Position numbers and translations under genes: made by a program. From Eledone cirrhosa (Eukaryota): 64,000 nucleotides of DNA. The DNA lies in NCBI GenBank assembly GCA_964016885.1, contig OZ024744.1, forward strand, positions 26,722,001-26,786,000. Direction: 5' to 3'. This document shows, one piece after another, positions 53,210-64,000 of this stretch (its first letter is position 1; every line of letters begins with the position of its first letter). The notes beneath the pieces were generated by a model. That model was not told where the DNA came from. It saw only the letters and a program-made list of their open reading frames with translations, and did not search any database.

Positions 53210-56200
53210 TTTTGGGGCCCTTTCTGCCCGTGTGTTTGTTTGTTTATGTGTGTCCGTATACAGCGTGGTGATAATGCCACACAAGGGCCAAGTGGGATGG
53301 CGGATCCACAGATGGCTATGTAAACATACATTCGCCAATCCTCGATAAGAGTGTTTAAATATCGAACATAAACAGTTCGAATAACGGTGAAATGGAGACT
53401 AGAACGTCATGTGACAGACTCTCACCCAACAGGTGCCCCCTGGCTCAGCAGCAGGAACCTGACTGTCAACCAAATACTGCTGATGTTGGAGGAAGAAGAA
53501 GAAGGAAAGGGGCCAGAACCAACTGGACGAAATAATTGAATAGAACTGTTATGCAATGCTACCTGAAAAGTAACCCCAAGGAGAGGGGCTACAGGAGACG
53601 GATGCATAACATCTGGAACGAGATTGGTTTATTTAAATTAGATGAACAAAAATTGGCCGGGCAGGCTCGGGTAATAAGAACTAATGGGTGGATAAGCGAG
53701 CTGGAACTGGAGGAACTGAGCAGAGAGAATGGCTTGGAGATGGCGGGTGTAGTATGCCAGACAAGCGAGCCGGCGGGAAATGAAGGTGAGGAGGTCCTGA
53801 GAACGGAGGAACCACCCGAAGCAGACAATGATCTGAATACTGAGATAAATAATACCTGGAACAGAGAAACGGCCACTGAGGAGATGAATGCTGACGGGCT
53901 AGGACAAGATTCGGTTGACATCCTAAATTTAGTGGTAGATGAGTTGAACAATGATAGTGGGAGACCTATGAACCTAAGATTTGTAGACAGGAAAAAGTTA
54001 AAAGAAACAACAGCTAAGGTAAACAAAGTCATCCCATACCTTGAGGCGAGGAGTCTTCACCAGTGCAACAATATCCTCAAAGCAACAGCAAATACGGTGA
54101 GGAAACTACTTGGTATAAAAGCGAGAGGAAACAACAGACAAGAAAGAGCAGAGCCGTGGTGGAAGAAGCGACTGAGTGGGCAAATCGGGGAAATGAGAAA
54201 TGACATAGGAAAGCTTGAGTCACTACTGAATGGGACACTAAAAAACATAGGCACTAAAAATAGACTGGAAATAAAATACAAAACTAGGAGTAAAAAGCTA
54301 AATATTATCATAGAGGAATTGAAGCAACGCATTGTAGCAAAGAGTGCCAAAATCAGGCGATACGAGAACAGAGTCAGTCAGTATAAACAGAACCGCATGT
54401 TCGACAACAACCAGAAGATGCTGTTTGGACAGCTTGAGGGGAAAGAAAGAGGCAACGACTTGATCCCTGGGGCGGAACAAGCTAAAACATTCTGGAGAAG
54501 AATATGGGAGCAGGATGTTAGACACAATGCCCAGGCAGGGTGGATTGAGACAGTACAGAGGGAGATCGGTGAGCAGGCACAGCAACAGACTGATTTGAGT
54601 ATCACAGTTGAAACTCTTAAGGGGCAAGCCAAAAAACTAACCAACTGGAAATCACCAGGCCCAGATGGTGTGCAGGGGTATTGGATTAAACATTTAACAT
54701 CCCTCCACCCGAAGCTGACGGCCATGTTCAATGACTGCTTGGTGTCGGGTGAGGTGCCAGAGTGGTTGACAAAAGGTACCACAGTTCTGATAATGAAAGA
54801 CCGAATCAAGGGTAATGATGTTACCAACTATAGACCTATCACATGTCTGCCCGTAATGTGGAAACTGTTGACGAGCATTGTGTCTGAGGAAATCTACCAT
54901 CACCTCCACACAAACAACTTGTTGCCGGACGAACAGAAAGGATGCCGAAAGAAGTCACGTGGTACAAAGGACCAGTTACTTATTGATAAGATGGTAATGG
55001 GGAATTGCAGGAGGAGACACACTGATCTTGCCATGGGATGGATAGACTACAGAAAGGCATTTGACATGGTGCCTCATTCCTGGATCACCAAAAGCCTGGA
55101 GATCTTCAGGGTGGCAGATAACATCAGACAGTTGCTGGGCAGGAGTATGGGGTCCTGGGAGACAGAGTTGACATCAACTGGAGTATCCTTGGGAAGCGTG
55201 AAGATCAAGAGAGGTATCTTCCAGGGAGATAGCCTGTCCCCTCTGTTATTTGTCCTTTCCCTGATGCCCTTGACCATTATGCTGCGAAAAGTGAGAGCAG
55301 GATACAAGTTGGGAAGGGGAGAGCTTACCATCAATCACCTCCTCTTCATGGACGATCTTAAGCTCTTCGGGAAAAGTGAGAAGGAGTTGGATGTGCTTGT
55401 TGACACTGTCCGTATTTTCAGCAGTGATATATGTATGCAGTTTGGTATTGGTAAATGTGGAGTCATTGTGATGAGGAGGGGTAGGTTGAGCAGAAGTAAC
55501 GGGATCCAGATACCAACAGGTGAGATGATAAAGGAAATTGACTCTGAGGAAGGATACAAGTATTTGGGCGTTCTGGAGGCTGATGGCATAAAGAACAAAA
55601 AAATGAAGGAATTGTTAAGAACTGAATACATTCGGAGAGTAAGGAACGTATTGAAGTCACATCTGAACAGCAGAAATGCCATAAGCGCAGTAAATTCCCG
55701 AGCTGTGTCTATTATTAGGTACAGTGCGGGAATTCTGAGATGGAATGTTGCTGAACAAAAAGAAATGGATAGGAAGACTAGGAAGCTATTGACTATCTAC
55801 AACATGTTCCACAAGAGGAGTGATGTCGATAGACTCTACCTAAGGAGATCTGAGGGTGGAAGAGGTCTTATCAGCATAGAGGACTGTGTTCAGATGGAGA
55901 AAAACAACCTATACAAATACGTGACCTATAGTAAGGAGCCAATGCTCAGAGCTGTACTGAAGGAGGGGACAGTAGGCCAGGGGATACCCAAGGAGGAAAT
56001 AACATCAAGGAGGAAGAGCAGCCTTAAAGGAAAATCCCTTCATAGTACCTTCTTTGAGAAAACTGAATTTAGAGATCCACAGACATGGAACTGGTTGAGA
56101 AGAGGAGACCTCAAAAAGGCTACAGAAGGAATGCTAATGGCTGCGCAGGAGCAGGCCCTCAAAACGAAGTGGTTGAAGCACCATATCTACAAGGAGGAGG

Positions 56201-56857
56201 CTAGCCCACTGTGCAGGATCTGTGGAGAGAGAGAGGAGACTGTGGCTCACATTGTGTCCGAGTGTAAACACCTAGCCCAGACCCACTATAAGGGCTGGAG
56301 ACACGATGTGATGGGCAGGGTGATCCACTGGCACCTGTGCAAAGTAAACAATCTACCACATTCTGAGAAATGGTATGAGCATAGGCCAGAGGCGGTGATG
56401 GAGAACAGTCAGGTGAAGGTGCTGTGGGATTTTAGGATACAGACGGACAAAAAACTGGAGCACAATAGACCTGACCTGGTGGTTGTGGACAAAGAAAAAA
56501 GATCGTGCCTGATTGTGGATGTGGCCTGCCCGTTCGACACGAGAGTGCAAGAGAAGGAGAGGGAGAAAATTAACCGATACCAGGACCTAAAGTGGGAGGT
56601 GAAAAGGATTTGGAACTGCCATGAAGTCAAAGTGATCCCGATTGTCATAGGCGCACTGGGGACTATCTCCAAAGGTTTCCAGGGATGGTTAAAGAAAATC
56701 GGCCCCTTCACGCTTTTTGGAACGCTTCAAAAGGCATGCTTGCTTGGAACGGCAAGAACCCTCCGATACGTCCTGAATATCTGAGGCTACAGGTAGTGGC
56801 TTGATATTCAATCCAACGGACTTTCCAGTTAACCAACATCAATGACTGAGATTCAAG
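53210..56857 (+). mobile_element. Near-complete R4/Dong-like non-LTR retrotransposon
   Basis: Single RT-CCHC-RLE ORF, short 3' UTR, (AAT)n tail; the 5' boundary is approximate. Confidence 0.9.
53392..56784 (+). CDS. R4/Dong-like RT + CCHC + restriction-like endonuclease; one in-frame TAA at 53533-53535
   Basis: ATG at 53392 is in frame with the 1082-aa ORF at 53536; motifs KSPGPDG, YRPITCL, IDYRKAFD, GIFQGDSLSP, FMDD, CRIC...H...C and PD...D. Confidence 0.9.
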
Positions 56858-56870
56858 GAATAACAATAAC

Positions 56871-56986
<116 letters not shown>

Positions 56987-57860
56987 GGGAAGAAGACGCA
57001 CGTGGTGGTAGAAGGTTATGAAATCGCTCCCGTAAGTTTTTGATTTTTAACATATTTAAATCAATTGTGAAATAACAATTCTTAGTACAAATGATGCATA
57101 AAGCACCGAATCAAGCATCATAAAAATTCGGATCCATAATATATTGTTATATCGCTCAAATATTCAATTTTGTATTATACATTTTATGTTCAAAAAAGAA
57201 AATGGTTATAAATGGAAGAAAACCCCCTCTGTCTACACTATATAGAACAGCCAAATAACAGCAATTTCACCAACACCAGAAACTAGATACACCACCTACC
57301 CTATCACCCCGCTGTGTACACTAAATACAACAGCCTGATAACGGCAATTTCACCACCACCACCACCAATCCCAGCATCATAATAATAATTACTATTATTA
57401 TTGTCTCAAGTTTTAACAAAATGTTTAAATCCAATATTAAGAAAATATGTCAACACATATATTAGACAAACGCGACACAAACGCATAGATACTACAAACG
57501 CATAGATACTACTGTCTATTCAACAAAACTCAGTAACGACAACGCCACCGCCGCCACCACTCCATCCATCATTGCTACCACTATCCCATCACAGCCGCCA
57601 CCACTCCTTCATTGCTACCACCACTATTCCCCATTACCTTCTGTTAACTTAAGAAAGGGGAAGGTGGCGGTATCACTAGACAAGGGAGAGGCTAGCAACA
57701 GATATAAATAGATTGACTTAGTGACCCGGCCACCGGCCAAACGTCAACAACTATGGCACTGCTGGCTCCCCCCTTCCCCACCAACAATATAAAAAGCCCC
57801 AGCACCACCACCGACATAGCCAACAACAATAACAGGCAACTTCAGCAAAAAGTATATTAT
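56987..57860 (+). mobile_element. Second LINE 5'-end-like module
   Basis: gggaagaagacgcacg...gaaatcgctcccgtaagtttt... is homologous to 52014 onward. Confidence 0.55.
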
Positions 57861-60066
57861 ATTATTGTAATGCACTGGGTAATTGCTGGCTTTGTGCCTG
57901 GAGTGGAGACAATTATTAATAATTTCATTCTTAAGCCACGCAATGCTCACATTAAGAAACCACTCATGATAATAACAATTTAAAAAAACAACAAAATAGA
58001 AAACCCCGTGACCAAGAAATACCGGGATGGTGGCCGGCGGGGAATAGCCGTGTCTCTAGGGGAGAACGACCCCTCTAGTCTTGGTTGACACTCGTTTTAG
58101 ATGTGGTAACACGAAATGATTACCCCTTGGCGGATAAGGATAAAACGCGACAAAATAAAGTAAATGTCTAATGATAAAATCTCATACCGGATCGGCCGTC
58201 AGCCGGGTAAAAAAGGGCCGCGTCCCTCAGAGAGGAACCAGACTGGGGTCGAAAAATCAGCTAATGGTTCAAACCTTCCCATCACTTCGGAGCTGGAGAC
58301 CTCCCATAACCGGAATACTCCTACTGTCGGCCCTCCATGCTCACCACCAAGAAATCCAAAGAAAAAGAGAGAAAAATGGTCAAGCGAAGATAATAAAGGA
58401 GTCCTTGAGGCTTTCTACACTGCCATGTACTACCCATCAAATACATTAAATACAGAACAGACATATATCAACTACAAAAAGAAACATCCCGAAAACAGAG
58501 GCTATATTGACAGTAACAAACTAGCCAATATACGAAGAAATATTGTAAAAAAAAAGTTACTAACAGATATAGAAATTGATCAGATCAAGCTATTAGCACA
58601 AAGTCAGCGAATGGAAAATGAAACATGTGTCAGTGAAAACGAGGTAAATTGTAACACTTCGAATCCCAGGGTTGGGGCGGAATCACTGACAACAGAACAA
58701 ATTAAAGAAAGGATCGAAATAGTGGAGGGAGTGCATGCTCAAGATGAAACTCCAAATGAAAACAATGAGATCGTAAATAATAAAGAAATGAATGAGAATG
58801 AACTTGCCAACTTGAAGGATGAAATTATGATCGAATGGATGAAAATGAAAGAATCTGACATGGGGGAACGAGACACCCTCCCTAAGATCCAGAACTCTAA
58901 ACAGAACCAAAAGATAATACACAAGACTAACATAGTTATCAAAAACATTATCATCACAAACAAACTAAACATTACTGATTTAAATCATCTCTATTATGCA
59001 TCGGCTAAAGTCACCACTCACTTATGTGGAGTGAAGATGAAAAAACAAAGGAATTCCCACAAGAAATCTACTTGGCAAGAGAACATCAATCGCCAAATAA
59101 ACCTTCTCCGATCTGACATAGAAATTTTAACAAACTATAAAGTAGGTGAACATGTTAAACAAACTAAACTTAGAAAATTGAAGAGAAAGCACAGTATAAA
59201 ATCAATAAGTGACATAGACATGCTGATAGAAATAATCAAGCAAAAAGTGTCGGCCAAAGCTGCTCGCATAAGGCGCTTTGAAAAACGATCTAGATTCTAT
59301 AAGTACAATAATATGTTCAAAACCAACCAAAGAAACTTCTACAGAAAAATTGGTAAGTCAACAATAACTGCTAAATCAATACCACCCAAGGAGGAAGTGC
59401 AAGAATTCTGGGAAAAGATCTGGGCCAAAGAAAAAGTTCATAATATACAAGCCCCATGGATAGACAGACAAATAAAAGATACAGCTCACCTTGAGGAACA
59501 AATATGGGAAAATATAACAGTTGAACAGTTGCGTTTGGCTCTAAGAAAAACCAGCAAATGGAAATCCCCAGGAAAAAACAAAATACAAAATTTTTGGATA
59601 AATGCCTTCACAGAGTCTCATGAGCTGTTAGCCCAACTTTACAATGAAATAGTTAAGGAGCCAGAACAGATACCATCATGGCTAGTTAACGGCATTACAT
59701 TCCTGCTTCCGAAGAATGATGAGACAAACAATCCCAAAAATTACAGACCGATAACTTGCTTGACCACAATGTATAAAATTTTAACATCAGTCCTAACTGA
59801 ATATACATATGACCACCTGATAACAAATGACCTATTTCCCATTGAGCAGAAAGGGTGTAAACGAGGCTCATATGGCTGTAAGGATCAGCTTTTGGTTAAC
59901 AAAATGATACTGGAAGATTGTCATAATAGACACAAAAATCTATCAATTGCTTGGATAGATTATAAAAAAGCATTCGATAGTTTGCCACACAGTTGGATTG
60001 AAAAATGTTTAGAGATTTTCAAAATATCCCCCGTTGTCAGGAGGTTTTTGTCATTCAGTATGAAGA

Positions 60067-60619
60067 TGTAGTGACCTACATTCCGCGGGCTCACATACAT
60101 TCTCTGTGCGTGATTTGGCTCAGTTCAGCCAATCAGCACCAGTAGAAGAGGATGTATCCCTACGCGCCCTGAGGAAGAAATTCACCGCGAAGATTTGAAG
60201 AATCTCGCTCTTGTACCGGAAACTTCAAGCCAGCAACACGCATAATGTAACAGTGAGATATTGCACCCCTAGCCTCGCCGGCTTAACGGCGCAATGGCAC
60301 ATTCCCTTTTGTAACCTCTTTTTATCTGTAACTTCAACCATATAAATAAACAAACATTTCATCTCTAATTACTGCGGTTGAAGTCGTTGTTATGTTACTC
60401 GTGTCTCAATGACATCTTTAATCCATGCTGCTGGAATTGGCGACCTGACGAAAGGAATATTGTGAATAGATGGAAAATAGATCGAGGGACCTTCCCTCAC
60501 GTCTATGTCAACAGGATAATCCAACGAGGATACTATCACTTACCACACTGGCAACTAACGACCACTGATTCTACCACCCTGCTAAAGTGGCGATAACATC
60601 TATAACTAATACTGCTAAA
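60067..60619 (+). repeat. 5' LTR (TGTAG...CTAAA)
   Basis: Matches 62198-62750 with 3 substitutions seen by eye; CCAAT motif near 60129; TATAAATAAA near 60341. Confidence 0.9.
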
Positions 60620-60620
60620 G

Positions 60621-60633
60621 TGGTGACCGACGT
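60621..60633 (+). promoter_or_regulatory. Primer-binding site, tRNA-Trp-like
   Basis: TGGTGACCGACGT lies 1 nt after the LTR; it resembles the complement of the tRNA-Trp 3' end (TGGTGACCCCGACGT) minus 2 nt. Confidence 0.65.
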
Positions 60634-62197
60634 CAGAATATCACGCAGCCCTTCTTATTCATTCAGTTTAACTTTTATTGCCACGTCGCAACTTGCGAAA
60701 ATCCAGAATATTCCTTTTAAGATTTTTGAAAAATTAGCAGTATTTCAAAAACATTTTCGCCGCGAAAAAAATTTCAAGATGGCTACCGACATGTCATGGC
60801 TACGCTTGACAACAACAATGACAGCAGCAGCGACAGCGTTGTTTAACCACTGACCAATACAGGGAACAGTGAGTGGCAGCTTCATAACCTTACCGACGCC
60901 AACCACCACACATCGGAAATTTCGAAACGGCTTGTAACTTTACCGACGCAACCACCATACCTTCTGTCTCGTTACCACAGGGACGCGAGAAATTGAGACA
61001 GTAGTTTTCTCACCATTATGGCGTCAGACGTGACTGCCATATTTGGTGACTCCTAATCTACAGAAGATTCTTTGACTTTGCTTTAACAATAAGCAACACA
61101 ACCGTGTGGCGGGACGGGAAAATGGCCACGAAATCTCACAAAAACACCATACATCTAACCCCTAACGGCATTAACAAACTTCTTTTTCAGTTTTCAGATA
61201 GAACTAGTGTCTGTACACTGGTGATGTGTGAACTATTGGACTTTGAAAAACTTTGAACTTATTGAGCAATTTCTCTGCTCCCCTAGATTGACTTTGAATT
61301 ATCAGTTTGTTACATTCACATATTTCTTTGTAGAATGCATTTACTTGTTTTGTGCTCTTTTGCTATTTGCTTGCTCATGGTTTTTGTTCATTCACATTCT
61401 TTGCTGTTTTACATGCCTGCATATGCACACATTTTTTTTATCACACACCAACATGTTGTTCTTGGTATATGTTCTTCAAACGTAACATTCTGCGAGTCCC
61501 TTTTCACCTGGTTGAGATGCTGGCAGCTCACAGAGCTTAATCCACTGGATTCAAACAGTCACCGCAACACGAGAATACTAATTGCCGCTGAACTCAAACA
61601 GCTTCGCATCTCGTTGCACACTGATCGTCCATGACGGCCATCCGTCTTGTTGTTTTTGCCCGACTTGCTGGGAAAGCAACAAATTGAACTGGACTTGTTA
61701 GCATTTCGGCCACTTCTGTGGATTCGCCCAAATTATGGAATTTACACTGCAACCCACCTACAAATTAAACTTGCCTTTTGTTCTTTACAAAGCAACCAGC
61801 CATTTTTTCCTGGCTCCACAGCACATTCGACAATACATCTGGGGCCCATCATTTTCTCGCCAGCACTGGTAAACTACCATAATAGCTTCGTTCACAGCTA
61901 CTGGTACAACGCTTACCATTAACATTTAATGCAAGAACAGCAACTTCGCCCATGTCAGACTTTATCCGTTTTTTGTTAGACCTTTGGCGGTCACGTATAA
62001 ACAACAAAACAACTGGTCATTTGACACAGCGGCTCAACACGGCCCGTAGCGCCTCATTTTTTGTTCTTGCATGCAACCTTCTGCTCAATTATTTTTTTCA
62101 CTGATGTGCTCTTTCAGCATTTGTTCTTGCTTATTTAATATGTGAGTCCTTGGTTTCTTCGTTATCGATTTTCGCCTGAAAATCTAGTTGGAGGTGA

Positions 62198-62750
62198 TGT
62201 AGTGACCTACATTCCGCGGGCTCACATACATTCTCTGTGCGTGATTTGGCTCAGTTCAGCCAATCAGCGCCAGTAGAAGAGGATGTATCCCTACGCGCCC
62301 TGAGGAAGAAATTCACCGCGAAGATTTGAAGAATCTCGCTCTTGTACCGGAAACTTCAAGCCAGCAACACGCATAATGTAACAGTGAGATATTGCACCCC
62401 TAGCCTCACCGGCTTAACGGCGCAATGGCACATTCCCTTTTGTAACCTCTTTTTATCTGTAACTTCAACCATATAAATAAACAAACATTTCATCTCTAAT
62501 TACTGCGGTTGAAGTCGTTGTTATGTTACTCGTGTCTCAATGACATCTTTAATCCATGCTGCTGGAATTGGCGACCTGACGAAAGGAATATTGTGAATAG
62601 ATGGAAAATAGATCGAGGGACCTTCCCTCACGTCTATGTCAACAAGATAATCCAACGAGGATACTATCACTTACCACACTGGCAACTAACGACCACTGAT
62701 TCTACCACCCTGCTAAAGTGGCGATAACATCTATAACTAATACTGCTAAA
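62198..62750 (+). repeat. 3' LTR
   Basis: Preceded by purine-rich agttggaggtga (PPT-like). Confidence 0.9.
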
Positions 62751-64000
62751 AAGACATGGAAAACGACACTCCTTTTGAATAGTGAAACGAAATCACTGGA
62801 AGCTGGAGAAGTTAATATTAATTGTGGAATTTTTCAGGGTGACTCTTTATCACCGCTTTTATTCTGCATCGCACTTATACCATTAAGTAAAATGCTCAAT
62901 GAAACAAAACATGGATATAAAGTCTATGACAAAACCATTAATCACCTGTTCTACATGGATGACCTGAAACTATTTGTAAAAAATGATGAACAATTGCAAG
63001 GGCTATTATCCACTGTCGAGCAGTTCAGTGATGACATTAAAATGGAGTTTGAACTGGATAAATGCGCCAAAGTAACGTTCACGAGAGGAAAGCTAATGAA
63101 AAGTTCAGACATTAATCTTGAACGGGTGAATGTGATAAGAGAACTTGATCAAGAGGAAACTTACAAATATCTAGGTGTTTGTGAAGCAGATGGAATCAAG
63201 CACTCGACAATGAGGGAAAGGATAAGGAAGTAATGTTACCGCAGAGTAAGAGCAATCTTAAGAACGGAATTGAATGCAAGGAATAGGATCGATGCCATAA
63301 ACACGCTTGCCATACCAGTAGTAACGTACAGTTACAATGTCATCAACTGGTCAAGCACAGAGATCCGTAGGCTCGATACAAAAATTAGAACATTCTTAAC
63401 CATGCACAGAATGCATCACCCTAAGGCATATATAGATAGAATATATCTCCCTAGGAAAGAAGGAGGACGTGGGTTAATCCAGTTAGACATTGCGTTGAAA
63501 ACTCCAACAATTGGATTATCTACATATCTAAGGGAATCACATGATTGGATGATCAAGCTCGTTTTGAAACACGAAAGCATCAAAAGATCATAATCTATTA
63601 CAAAAGATGCACAAAGATACAGTAATGGACTACACATTTCAGAAGTCCCATTTACTGCTGAAATGGAAAACACAGAAAAAGCAAAGTAGGTAAAAGTAAC
63701 TGCAAAGAAAGAACTGCTACAGAAACTGGCTAAGAAATGGCAAGAAAAGCCTCTGTATGGAAAATACCCAGAACGAGCTAACAATCCTGATGTTGACAAC
63801 ACTTTAACCCATCAGTGGTTGGCATCCTCTGGACTGAAATCGGAGACTGAAGGACTGATTATATCAGCACAAGATCAGTGTCTGCCAACAAAAAATTACC
63901 AAGTCAACATAATAAAGAATGGATGCAGCCCATTATGCCGTGCATGTAAAAAACAACCAGAGACCATTGACCATATAATTTCAATGTGCAGTCCTATAGC

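Larger units (their letters stand above)
60067..62750 (+). mobile_element. Non-autonomous LTR retroelement (LARD/TRIM-like), young
   Basis: 553-bp direct repeats, AAGA TSD at 60063-60066 and 62751-62754, PBS-like and PPT-like motifs, and a 1.58-kb internal region without a recognisable gag or pol. Confidence 0.9.
58002..64000 (+). mobile_element. Divergent R4/Dong-like element interrupted by an LTR element; continues past the window end
   Basis: ORF 58164-60066 resumes at 62755 (SMK/TWKTT, GIFQGDSLSP, FYMDDLKL, CRAC...HIISMC); stops at 63231 and later. Confidence 0.9.

Noticed and set aside
53210-53345. HDV-like ribozyme at the R4-like 5' end (also 58002-58160)
   Set aside because: Hairpins are present (ggccctt/aagggcc, gtgg/ccac), but I could not build the nested double pseudoknot by eye; an RNAMotif or Infernal search is needed.
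60445-60490. CTGACGA...GAAA in the LTR as a retrozyme hammerhead
   Set aside because: No stem I or stem II pairing; the motif overlaps a PBS-like sequence.

Overview
Eukaryotic, apparently gene-free, repeat-saturated DNA. The microsatellite density and SINE motifs suggest a cephalopod such as Octopus, but that is inference. I found no host exon, rRNA, true tRNA or CRISPR array. From left to right: (1) 0.3-9.6 kb holds Penelope-like element (PLE) debris among (TA)n tracts, including several unrelated foldback palindromes carrying mirror-image minimal type I hammerhead ribozymes and a Naiad-type PLE (RT + GIY-YIG, one frameshift) with an inverted 5' pseudo-LTR fragment. (2) 10-17 kb holds old CRE, CR1/Jockey-group and RTE LINE fragments, SINEs and a 3-kb GTA/GGT/TAC microsatellite. 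(3) 17-24 kb holds two plus-strand Tx1/L1-like LINEs next to TATC/TATG repeats. (4) 25-58 kb is a stack of retrotransposons joined at (AAT)n tracts: five minus-strand Tx1-like LINEs from three families and several plus-strand R4/Dong-like RT-RLE elements, one intact except for a single nonsense codon. (5) 60-62.8 kb is a young non-coding LTR element with TG...AA ends, an AAGA target-site duplication and a ladder of PBS-like motifs, inserted into an R4-like ORF. All alignments and folds were done by eye.
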